Part shown: positions 11,536 through 24,500 of the stretch, in pieces
Position numbering within the stretch: the stretch's first letter is position 1
How the letters are laid out: every line of letters begins with the position of its first letter
Source of the DNA: Lytechinus pictus
Lineage: Eukaryota
Reading direction: 5' to 3'
Length of the DNA stretch: 64,000 nt
Assembly (NCBI RefSeq): GCF_037042905.1
Contig: NC_087252.1
Location: 124,001-188,000, forward strand
Notes under the pieces: generated by a model
What the model saw: the letters and a program-made list of their open reading frames with translations, nothing else
Told to the model about the DNA's origin: nothing
The model's database searches: none
Made by a program: the position numbers and the translations under genes

Positions 11536-13648
11536 GTAAGTGAATAAAGCCTGATTTAAGAGATCTGATATGAGTATGATGGAATTTGTTGGTGAGATTA
11601 TGTGTGTGTTGAGTTTAATTGAATCTTGCAATCTGTGGGGATCAGTCCCATACGTTCATTCTTTTGTACCCTAAACTAATGAACGACTCTTGTGCGTAAT
11701 TGCTTGTCTTCATTTTTGTGTGTCCTTGAATTTGAAAGTCTTAGTTAAAAAGTACTTATTTTTTATGAAAATTTAGAATCGTCCCATACGTATGGTGTTG
11801 TTTTAACATTATGCAAATGAGGAGTTTGATGACACCTGTTCTTGCATAAATTTGCATAATTTAACATTTGCTTTTCTGGAATTGGAAAAATAAACTTAAA
11901 ACTTAAACATAAAAAGTTAAAGTTTAAGTTTGACTCTTCTTTGGCTACAATCTAGGCCTAATAACAATCATTTGTACATTAAATCAAAATGAATTTTTGA
12001 CAGCCGATAGGAGTTAGGACATTGCCTTGGACTCCACCAAAATCATCAATTTCATATTTTGGTGGCCCGCAATTAAAAGCAAATTTGGTGGCCCTAAATA
12101 ATAGAAAACATTACATCAAAACTTTGGTAGCCAAGCAAACCAGGCCACCAACTGACCAAGTGTGGGATTTTACAGAATTTGGCTGCCCGTCTCTCATTTC
12201 TGGTTGCCCCGGGCCACTGTTAATAATAATATCGAGCCCTGTCATTCATTCCTTCCATTTAACAATCGACCCTTTTTAAAATATTTTTTCCAGTGTGAGT
12301 GTATGCTCTCTCTGTCTATGAAGGCAAAACTGAAAAATACCCCTTTCAACGCATTTTCTTTGGTCATGCATGTGTACAGTAATATTTGACTGCCCCCGCC
12401 CCCCCCCCCCCCACCCCGGGGGCAAAGCAGTACAGCTGCAGAGCTTGGAAAAATGTCACCAGCACTGATGAGATGCAGCGTCACTCTGGGGCGACACCGC
12501 TATTCCAACGCGTGTTGGAAAAGGCGACGCCAGACGGGTACGTTTTGGCCTTGAATTTCCAGCCCATTCCTCTAAATTACGGCCTAAATTTAGGTCTAAC
12601 TTATTCATTATATACTAATTGACTAATTATAATGTAAAATGGGTACTCACCGGTTCTTTTCTTTCCAAATTTTGTGTTTTCATCGCCTCTTCTGGCCAAC
12701 TCTTGCGGCGGCTGTTGTCGCCATAGGATCCTGTACATGCAAATCCAGGGCGAGTTGTTACATGACGCTCGCGAGTCTCTAGGCTTTATGGCCTTTAATC
12801 AAGGCGTTCATTTTGTTATAATTTTATAATGACGCTTAAATATCGAAATCAATGTAGACGAGTCTGTGCAGGGGCATAACAGAGATGTTATATTCATTGA
12901 AGTGGTTTATAAATCTTATCTCGGGGGTCTTTATGGACATTTATCAATTCTTTGTTCTGTGATATATTGTAATATAAATTATGAACGTCTGACAAAAAGA
13001 TAACCAACCGATCACCTGACCGATCAGCTGACCAGTACGTGAATCACATCGGAGTTGATCAGTCCTCACAGCGTTTGGAACGCTCACCAAGAATTCAATA
13101 AAAAAGACTGAAAATGTAACTTTAACCTCACTCCATTAACTTTTAAACATTGTAAAAGATTATTTACGATGTTAAGAACTAATTCATACCAAAATTTTTA
13201 CCATCCAATTTGTATTAAGGCGTACATTTGCCAAAGTCCTTGGGTGCAAATAGAAACGGCAATGTCTAACCGGTTTTATCACTTATGTTGCCTATGAGGT
13301 CCATACATGTAATGTTTGGACCTCATTGGTACTAGGAGTGTGCAGTGTTAATTGACTGGTGAATTGATGCTCTAAAAGTATCAGTCAGCATGACCTGTGC
13401 TCCAAAATCCAATCTCATTCAAGATTTCATTATCAGAATTTAAATAAAAAATGCCCTTTTTTCATTATGTTCATGATGCCAATATTGATGTCATCATATT
13501 GATCAGTTGAAATATTTCAAGGAGCTCCAGATCATGGACCCACTAAATGGTGATGACTCTGCAGGGGCAACTATCTCCATTTTTCTCCAAATATTTGAGG
13601 AAAAAAAATCCCAAAGTTTGTGAATTTCTCCACTTTCATTGATCTTAA

Positions 13649-14232
13649 AGGAGAATGAAACCCTTGAAACCAGCTGAATCCATATCAAAGAGAAAAATCA
13701 AAGAAACATATTGTTGAAAGTTTGAGGAAGATTGATTGAATAATAAGAAAGTTATGAGCATTCGAATATTGAGATCACTAGTGCCATGTAGATCCTCCCG
13801 ACGGCAATGCGACCAAGATCTGTGATATCACACACGTACAACTCCCTCATTACTTTAGTACTTATTTCACTTATATTCTCACTTTTATAGAGTCTATCAC
13901 AAGGTGAGGTGTTCTCTTTATGAGATGACAAGTACAGAGGTTCGTACAACATTATATCATTGATGAATCGTTTGTCATATGATTAGAATGAGCAAAAAGA
14001 GATGTTTTGGGGTATATTTTCAGTGTCCAAATGGGAGAGTTGTACGTGTGTGACATCACAGATCTTGGTCGCATTGCCAATGGGAGGATCTCCATAGCAT
14101 TAGTGATCTCGACATTCAAATGCTCATAACTCTTTTATTGCTAGTCCTATTTTACTCAAAGTTTTGTTGATCTTATTCTTTGATTTTTCTGCTTTCACAA
14201 AAGCTAACTTGCTCCAAGAGTTTCATTCTCCT
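13649..14232. mobile_element. Palindromic Kolobok-like MITE with TTAA TSD
   Basis: ttaa-aggagaatgaaac ... gtttcattctcct-ttaa. Confidence 0.8.
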
Positions 14233-14764
14233 TTAAAAACATGACCCACTGGTTAATAATTCCAAGTTCTTTATTATGAAAAAAGGATAGAAACCAAGTA
14301 TTTCATGTTTAATGCCCTTTTTTTATGGAAAGAACTTGGAATTTAATCCATGGATTGGTTCTTTATAAGATGATGGAAAATAACTTTGAATTCAATCAAT
14401 GGATCAGTTCTTATGATTATGAATAAAGGATGTAAACTGTAAAGTGCAAACTTTAGTTTCATTTCAAATTATTTAGAAATAAAATAAGAAACGCATTGTT
14501 ATTTGGAATGGTCGTGTTGTTTCATGGAGGCTTATTTTTTATCATTGAGAAACAGTGAAAATCGATAAAAGTCTTCAACAAAATTGGTATGATAGTCCAT
14601 TTTAACAAAATTTGGTCACAAACATAGGCAAATTTTAATAAATGAGTTTATGGAAATGCTAAAATATTGATCATTGTAACATCTTTGTGGAAAATTTATC
14701 CATGATGGAAATGAAAAAAGAAATTAAGGCAACATACTTCTTTCTCGGGCAGTCTGACACTGTT

Positions 14765-15360
14765 ATATTTTTCGATGAAAATTAAAACCTGACCAAATTT
14801 CTATCTCGTGCAGAGTTATGCAGTTTTCTGTAGCACGACTCAACTGGTCAAGCCCTACTGGTCAGTCATTGTCAGCTGGCCAATGGTCTGGCAGTAAAGT
14901 CTACAAGATCAATTTTTATTTTTGAATAAGATCTAGATATTTCTTAATTTATACAGCATGAATGGACTTATTGGTATCTATGGTCACTCTGGTCTTACTG
15001 GTCAGTCATCCACAACTGACCAGTGGTTTAGCAATTAGCAGTGATGTCTTTCATTCATTTTTTTCATCTATGAAAATAAAATCTTAACCATTTCTATCTC
15101 TTGCAGAATAATGCAATTGTCCAGCAAAGTGGGACTAGTAATTGTCACTCTGGTCCAATTGGTCATTCATACTTGGTTGACCAATGGTCTGGCAGTGATG
15201 TCTATATTCATATTCTCTATGAAAATAGACCTTGAAACATTTCTATCTCTTGCAGAATAATGAATTTGTCCAGCATGATTGGACTAGTATCTATGATCAC
15301 TCTGGCCCTAATGGTCAGTCATCCTCAGCTGACCAATGCTCTGGCAGTGATGTCTATTGA
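14765..15360 (+). repeat. Four diverged ~148-bp tandem copies of HYOU1 acceptor + signal-peptide segment
   Basis: Acceptor-like cag at 14813, 14959, 15106, 15255; shared ctggtcagtcat...gcagtgatgtct blocks. Confidence 0.85.
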
Positions 15361-15429
15361 TCTTGGAAGTGAATGGATCAAAGTGGCTGTGGTCAAACCA
15401 GGAATACCTATGGAAATTGTACTCAACAA
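15260..15429 (+). CDS. HYOU1: HYOU1 coding exon 1 (signal peptide, start of ATPase domain)
   Basis: cag|aata[42 protein letters not shown]...EIVLN; aa|gtaagt. Confidence 0.92.
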
Positions 15430-18275
15430 GTAAGTATCGATAATAATATTAACTTTCACATATATGAATGATGTCTCTATAAAGTACTATACCCCTGTCA
15501 AAGATAAATTTTCCTGAATTTAAAAATGTTTTGCAATCAGAGCAGCTTATAAGAATTTATTTTGGACTCATAATTTGAATCAGTTATGCTATATATTTTT
15601 ATAAATTGTCTGTTTCAATTAAATTCAATGATTCATTTAATCAGATCAGATTTCTCATGAAAGTGGAATGCAGTTACATAGTACATGTACAATAAGAAGA
15701 CCCAATAATAATGATAAGAACACAATCTGAAGGCCTGGTCACACTGCCCAAACTTTGTTGGAGCGTTCCTTGAACGGTAGGGAGAGGGGGCCAAATTTCG
15801 AAAACATGGGCGTTGCCTTAGCGGTGCACCGCTGAAGTAGGCGTTGCTTTAGCGTAGGTTTAACAGTAGCGAGTGTTGGTTTAGCCGTGACGCGAGCATT
15901 GATAGAGTGGCGTTAAGCGCATACGGGCGTTGGCTCGGCGGGGGTTTAAAGTTGGTTTAGTAGCGTACTGCTTTTGACCATGGAGCTGAACGGATCTCTT
16001 TGATGGAAGTTCCAATAGATTCCAAATGGGCTCCTGGTCCATTTCTCCCCGTATTTAAATAGCCAAATGCTGGTCCCGCTCCAACACCTCCATACCAACG
16101 CCAAACCAAAGTTCAGCACCGCAATGGATCGCTACTTCAATGCCCGACATCATTCCAGCAATCCCGTGTCCGCTCGTAAAACGCTTATAACCGCTCCAAC
16201 AAAGTTTGTGCGACGTTTAATCACCGCCGGGGCAAAGCTGGCGAAGCAGCGATGGTCCAGCGTTCAAGATTTCTGCATTAGCCTAGCGGACCCAAGCGTC
16301 CATGAACTTGCGTCTAGCAGTGCCAAACTTTGACCAGGCTTTGTTGGAGCAGTGGTAAACTTTGCTGGAACGGAAAATTGCCTGCTCCTCACCTCTCGCA
16401 ATATTTTGTGCAGCTCAAACTTTCGAAGTGGTAGGAGGGACTATCAGATGTGGCCGAGCATATATATGGCGTTGCATGGACAGGGGCCAACTTCTGTTAA
16501 ACAGTGGTGAACGGTAACGAGCAGTGATGATTTTTATTCACCGCTCCTGGAATGCTCCAGCAAAGTTCTGGGGGTGTGACCAGGCCTTGTCTATGAGGAA
16601 AAGTAACCTCATCACAGTCCTACAACAACTTTGTCTCAAATCTTTGTTGGTTTTATCTTTCAACAGAGAGAGTCGGAGGAAAACACCTGTTACAATCGCT
16701 ATTAGGGATGATGAGATGCTTTATGGAGACCCAGCATTATCTGTGGTAAGTGAAAATTCAACCTGATTTTAAAAAGTTTAATAGAAAAGGTCTTAAGGTC
16801 AATTTCTTTAGATCAGGATGAATATGGACCACAAGTTACAATCTATTACTATCTACAATGTTTGTAATATTTGTTGTAACATGATCAGAACACTTTGTGC
16901 TGTGTTTTTCTTATAACAAAAGTTTGGGAAATGAATAAAGTGTGATAAAAGAACAGAAATTTCATAGTTGAATTTCAAAATGTAAATTAAGTACACATGT
17001 ATGCCCTTCCAAGCTATGCAGTAAGAATTTCTTGAATTATTTTATAAGAAGTAAAACAAGGGGCAAATAATAGGAGGAAAGATTCGTCAAAGCTGTATAA
17101 AAACATGTAATATACAATCTTGGTTTATAATACATTATGCTGCATGCTAACAAGATAGAAAACAGTTTGACAGATTTTATAGTCCTTATGTACATGTAGT
17201 ATACTGTACTGTCCTATCAATAGTATCAAGTATGACATGCATGTGGAGAAAATTATAATTCCTAATATATCAGTGAGCATTTTGCTTTTAAAGTGAAAAC
17301 TATTTCCCCTGTTGTGAGCAAACAGCACAAATCTAATGAATAAAACATGATCATTATACTCCCCTGTATCACTATGGTAGTGTCATTGCCGTGACTCTAG
17401 AAGATTTAAAGTGCCATCTAATCTAATTGAAGAGATGACAAGATATTTTATCTCACTAGATGTATACCTACATGTAGTAGCATTATATACAAATGGCAAG
17501 ACAGGTTATATTGCCTTGCCAATTCACATGTAATGCCTTAAGAATTATGTTGAAATGGTAAGATGCGTTATATTGTCAAAGCAGATTAAATTCCTTATTA
17601 TTTTGACATGGTGAGATATGTTATCTTGTGAGACCTGTTGACTTTAATAAAAGAGATGTTGACATGGTATAGCAACAACGTGTCAATATTTTACTTTTTA
17701 TTAGTCGACTTGGCAAGATAAAATTGCCTTGTTGACATATTATTAAGGCTTTTAAGCTGGCGGGCAGGACTGAATTTCTAGCCATCTTCTTGTCAATACA
17801 GTCAATTAGATGGTACTTTAAAGCTTCTGTAAGAGACTGAGTGGCTGTTTTCATGGGTAATTTGATGAGAGCAAGAGTTCAGCATCTCCTGCCTGAGGCA
17901 TGCACTCCATAATAACAGATTATGATTCATTGTTGTAGCCAGCCATGCCTTGATGATTTTCAGAATATGTTTAGATTATCTTAATATGGAGGAAGGGGCG
18001 TGTTGACTTATACTTTATGATTGCTAGCAAATCATGTTATTTTGTTAGCGGTGGTGATGATTATGGATGATCATTTTCTGATAGTGATGAAAGTTTTAAT
18101 GGTTTGACTTACATGTAGAATGGTGGTGATTTTTAGCTTAGTCTTGGGGGTTATGATGATGATATCGATGGTGGTTGTGGTGATGATGATTACATGGTCA
18201 CGATGGTGATGATAATGGTAGTGATGATGGTGATAAAGGTGATGATGATGGTGATGATGATGATGGTGATGATGG

Positions 18276-18307
<32 letters not shown>

Positions 18308-18566
18308 GTGATGATGGTGATGATGATGATGATGAAGATGATGATGATGATGATGGTGATGATGGTGATGATGATGATGATGAAGATGATGATGATGATG
18401 ATGATGATGATGGTGATGAAGGTGATGATGGTGATGGTGGTGATGATGATGATGATGGCGATGATGGTGATGATGATGGCGATGATGGTGATGATAATGA
18501 TGATGAAGATGATGATGATTGTGATGAAGGTGATGATGATGATGGTGATGAAGGTGATGATGATGG

Positions 18567-18598
<32 letters not shown>

Positions 18599-21500
18599 GT
18601 GATATGATGATGATGAAGATGATGATGATGATGATGGTGATGAAGGTGATGATGGTGATGGTGGTGATGATGGTGATGAAGGTGATGATAATGATGATGA
18701 AGATGATGGTGATGATGGTGATGATGATGATGATGGTGATGAAGGTGATGATGATGGTGATGATGATGATGATGATGATGATGGTGATGATGGTGATGAT
18801 GATGATGATGAAGATGATGATAATGATGATGATGGTGATGAAGGTGATGATGGTGATGGTGGTGATGATGATGATGATGATGGCGATGATGGTGATGATA
18901 ATGATGATGAAGATGATGATGATGATGATGGTGATGAAGGTGATGATGGTGATGATGGCGATGATGGTGATGATGATGATGATGGTAATAATAATGAAAT
19001 AAATTGTTTAGGGTTTGTTATTACATGGTAAATGGCAATGAGGAGAAGAAGCTGGATGGCTATGATGGTGGTGATTGTCTTGAACACAATATTGATGTCA
19101 GTAGTGATCATAAGTAAACTCAAAAGTAAACTGTCATATGAGGACTGAGATTTGACAATAATTTTCAATCTTGAATATTAACCATGGAGCTCCGTAATAC
19201 ATGTAGCTCCATGATTAAACATTGCCTGAAGATGTGCCTAAGCAATGCTTCCTATCCTTGATTGTTTTTTTATTATTATATGCCCGTCTCGACGGGACGT
19301 ATTAAGGTTTCACGCTCAGTGTCCGTCCGTCTGTCTGTCTGTCCGTCCATCCGTTAACTTTTCCTTGTAAACGCGATAACTTCAGTTTAACTTAACCTAG
19401 GCTCATATAATTTGGTGTGTATGATACTAGCATGGATCCCAGGAAGCCTGTAGATTTTGAGGTCAAAAGGTCAAAGGTCAAGGTCACAGGGACATGTTTT
19501 CATCTTACCCTTCTGAAGTCTTTGTAAACACGATAACTTTACTTTAACTTAACCTAGGCTCATATAATTTGGTGTGTATGATATTAGCATAGATCCCAGG
19601 AATTCTATTGATTTTGAGGTCAGACAGTCAAAGGTGAAATCGCCACCTTCCACTTTTCTTGCTTGACCAATAACTCCATTTTCTGCTTTACAGGCAGGCA
19701 TATTATGTGCTCGCCTTAGCGACACTCTTGTTTTAATATATATTTTATAAATTTATTTTTTTTAATGCTGTATTTTTTCATCTTTCTTTTGTTGCTAATT
19801 TAGCACTCTGCATAGTAGGAAAGTACATAGATTGGTGCATTATAAATCATATCTATTATTATTATCATCATAAATAATGATACACAGGATTATAACATAA
19901 AGTTGCTAAACACATTATTAAAATTTATTGATATCATGAACACAGGGAGTAAGGTATCCTAAAAGTAACTATTACTACCTCCAAGATCTTCTGACGAAAC
20001 CTATAGAGAACCCTCTGGTCAAGTTACATCAGAAGAGATTTCCATTCTATGAACTTGGACAAGATGAAGACAGAGGTAAGTAATTATTTTTTATCTTTGA
20101 CCTGGGCCCGTTTCATAAAGGACTTGCAACTGTTGTAACTTTGCCATAATGGCAACTACCATGGCAACATGGCTCAGCAGCCAATCAGAATCAAGGTTAC
20201 CATGGTAGTTGCCATAAATACTTTGCCATAATGGCAACTACCATGGCAACATGGCTCAGCAGCCAATCAGAATCAAGGTTACCATGGTAGTTGCCATAAA
20301 TAATGGCAAAGTTACAACAGTTGTAACTCTTTATGAAACGGGATCGCGGTCTTTATAGGGATATAAATGTGAACAGCATAGGTCAAATCTGCTATACATG
20401 TATAGCATGCACATCAACAGAACTGTCTTTTTTCCAAGCACATTGTGATGTCATTCAGGTACACGTAGTGTATGATTTATGTTTTTGTATTCATGTCTTG
20501 TCATCCTTTGTTTATTAAATTACTTTATGTTGCTCACATTTTGGTATAAAATTTGTAGACAAGGACAAGGTTATGCATTAAATGGTTCTGTGACATTTGC
20601 TCTGGCGACAATTGCTCCAGAAATATGCATGTTAAGCCAAAATAAAAACTAACCTCCAAAAGTAAATAAACCTTAATCTTTATCTTTACATATATCAAAC
20701 CAAAAACTCTTTGGCCCGAATTCACAAAGGTGGTTTTTAAAACCCACGGTTGAATCCATGGTTTATGCAGATTTCCTGTATAAATTAGGCTTAATTACAC
20801 GTATCGGGTGCGTGTATAAAAAAAATGTCCAATGCTGATGCGCGCTTTTGTCACAGTGCGCCTAATTGACGCCTGTTACCATGATAAGATACGCAATTTT
20901 ATTCATGAGTCCACTGTTGTCTGTTTGAAGAGTGGACTCATAAATAAAAACTACGGCAACAGGCGTCAATTTGGCGCACTGTGACAACAGCGCGCATCAG
21001 CATTGGACATTTTTTAATATACGTGGTAAAATAAGCGTAATTTTGAATTCGGGCCTTTTACAATGCAAACTCTAACCCTATGCCCTCAGAGACATTGCCA
21101 GGAACACATGTTGCAGGAGTCATGTCACCGTATAATACTATTATGTTATAGTTTCTTTTGTCATCTCATCTTGTTGTTTCTTTTTGTAGGTTTTTCATCA
21201 AGAATAACAAACATTGTGTTTTGCTGTGTTGTGTTACAAAACGTTTTTACATAGTGTTATTTCTCCTTTTTTTCTAGGCACTGTGTACTTTAAGCACAAT
21301 GATGATGTCATCTTTCATCCAGAGGAGCTTCTTGCCATTGCCCTCAATAATTCAAGACAAAGTGCTGAAGGATTTGCTGGTAAATTCAAGTTCATTGTTA
21401 ATTTTGGTGTTGGCATTGGGCTGATATACATCAGCAGAGCTCCAAGAGTAAAATAGGACTGGGCCAGTATTCTATTCGATACCTCAGCCAGAATTTCAAG

Positions 21501-24500
21501 TAGTTTACTCAGTATTTTGCTAAAGTAAAATACTTATCCATCTTTGGTATTCAATCATATTTTTTGGCTCCATAATTTGCTTAAATCAAAGTCAGCAACC
21601 TTTTTAGGAAATGTCTCACTTGGTGTATTTCAAGTTCAATGTTGAAATTCCTGTGTTAATGCCAGGCCAACTTTTCATTTAGCATAGCACCAAAATGAAA
21701 ATAAGATTGGTCTTTGGGAACAGTCTCACTATGTTTTGAGCCATTGTTTTATTTGATTGGGACCATTTTTTTTACGTACTATGGAAACCGTGATTGTGAT
21801 TAGCTGCTGAGCCCTGTTCCAATGTACTACCATAATGCCAAAGTTACCAGTTTTTCTTATGAAACTGTTGGCTAACAGATAACAAAAATGATAATTCTCT
21901 TCTCTAATCTCTCTTACTCAACTTTCAATTTTCCACTGTAACCATTAGCTTCTCCAAATAAAGCAGTCCAACACTACTCAATTAATTAATTCATAATTTG
22001 TAAAAAGAATTTTAAGTTAAACAAATAGAACACTGTTTGAGGTAACCAGAGGGGGGGGGGGGGGGTGTTTCATAAAATGACTTGTCAGATGTTTTATCTG
22101 ACAGTTATAATATAAACTCAAGTTCTCAGCCAATCAAATCAATGAAAGTGGTCAGATCTGACAACTTGATCGGCAAAAAATTTTGATGAAATGCTCTACT
22201 GGTGTTATGTATTTTTTTCCCACACAGAGCAAATTATTAAAGATGCAGTGATCACATTACCTGCATTCTTCAACCAAGCAGAGAGGAGAGCCGTTCTTTA
22301 CGCTGCTGAACTAGCCGGTCTAAGGGTACTCCAGTTAATGAATGACAATACAGCAGGTAAATCAACTGTTTACATGCTAATGTTGCAAAGGCACTAGTTG
22401 CAATTCTGCACATTTGCACGTTGAATTCAACAATTGTAATAATTAGTTTTCTCCCTTACCTTCATGTGAGAGAAGCTTCTTGGGTAACATCAACATATAT
22501 ATATGTTGTAATGATTATCAGTCAGTATCAATGGTATATAATTGAAATTCTAGATTCAGAGCAAATATCATAAAAACAATTGCCAGTATTGATTCAATGT
22601 GGAAGGCCCTCGGGAAAGTTTATTTGAATAGATCAAAAATCAAACAAGTTTAATGCTGATTTTTATTCATATCCAGTTTATCTTTGGGTATGTACTGCCA
22701 GTGGAGGGCAAATTTCTATGATTAAGTTTATAGATCAATAAATGAATGTGTCAGAATCTACATGTAAATCTCTGAAAATTTTATTGAATATCTGATGTAA
22801 ATTACCCTGGTTATCGGATCTTTGCTCCCTGCATACAAGTATGCACTTTCTTTACTCCCTGGGGGCATTCCAACAAGAGGTTTACAGTATGTGGAAATTG
22901 ACAGAACCGTTCCACATTTTTTCGCTCAAAGTAACAACTTATGTTTTCTCCCAATGGGAGCCTAATTTTCCACAAGCTCTGCTTTTTATTTAGGCTCCTC
23001 ACTTTTATGACATTTTGAAGTGTACCTTGTGTTATATACTTATGTTAGATAGTTAATTTGATACACTGTGTATGAATACGTTTGTTATGTATATTTGTTT
23101 TAACCCTGATTCTCCCGGGGGGGGGGCCATAATGGCCCCCCCCCTTGACAATTTTCGCTATATATCTGCTGCGCAAAATTTTTGACCTCGCCGCTCACTG
23201 ACTTTTTACTTTCAAGTCTCGCGCAAATTTTGAGACCAAATTTGGGACGCCCGGGTACGCGGTTACGACATTACGCAACATTATGTAAGTGCATGTCAGA
23301 CCCAAAATTGCTCATAAACGTGATTTCATGTACAAATCCAATGCAAATTGTGTATTAAGCCAAAATTCATAAATGTATCATTATTTCTACTTTTACTGAT
23401 TAAACTTAATTAATTTTGCCTTGTTTATGATCAGAATTAAGTCTGGAACGATTTCCATCGAAAAAACAATAAAAAACAAAGAAATACATAAGAAATTAAA
23501 AAAACAATAAAATACATAAGAAATCGGTCTTGGTACCAGAATTTTTTCCATTCACAATTGTTAGGAATGCTATAAAGAATATTTACACCAAAAAATAGCA
23601 TTCTAGGAGCTTTATTTAGTGAATCAGAGCAAAAAGTATGATTTCATGAATAAATTAGCATAATTTATTCATATAAAATAAAAATATATGAATTATGTGA
23701 AATTTACCAATGCAACTGTGTAGATTACGTCATTCTCTACCATCATGCAAATTTTCGTTGTGATCGCGCAATCCGCGGCTGAGATCTTAAGGGGGGCCAT
23801 AATGGCCCCCCCCCCCCCCCCCCCCCCGGGAATGACAAGAATAAAAATAACCCGGGAGATTTAGGGTTAAAAGTGGAATAACTAAACGGTCAAACCAATG
23901 AAGGGAGTAGGTTATACTGATTACATGTAGAAGTGCTTTAGAAACACAAGTTTTAAAACCTTAAATTTACCCCCTCTTCAGTTGCTCTGAACTATGGTGC
24001 ATTTCGTCGCAGCGACTTCAACTCCACACCCCAGAACATCTTATTCTATGACATGGGAGCGGGAAGCACTACAGCTACCATCGTCAGTTATCAGCTGGTT
24101 AAGACTAAGGAGAGAGGTATACAAGAAACTAATCCACAGCTAGCCATCAAAGGAGTTGGGTAAGTTGGTCTATTATTCTAATTTATTACAGTATTATATG
24201 AATGACATGAAGCTTTAAAGGTGTTCATGATAGACCCAGTGTTGAAGCTGACTTGAAGCCTGCCATATTTCTAATGGGTGGTGCTCTAGTATCGAATCAG
24301 TGTTCGGTTATTTGAATCATCTTGCACATGCGCACAGATTCAATGTAATGTACGTCTGTACTAGCATTATGTCAAACCTAATAGGCCTACTGATCTTTTT
24401 ATGTCCATATGTTGTTATCAGGTTTGATCGTACCCTTGGTGGTTTGGAATGGGAGATCAGACTTCAGAAACACCTTGCTGAGATGTTCAACAAACAAGGA

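Noticed and set aside
18071..19168. 365-aa poly-Ser/poly-His ORF and overlapping poly-Met ORFs
   Set aside because: Translations of an intronic (GAT)n microsatellite; the same applies to ORFs at 31248-31629 and 36571-37042.
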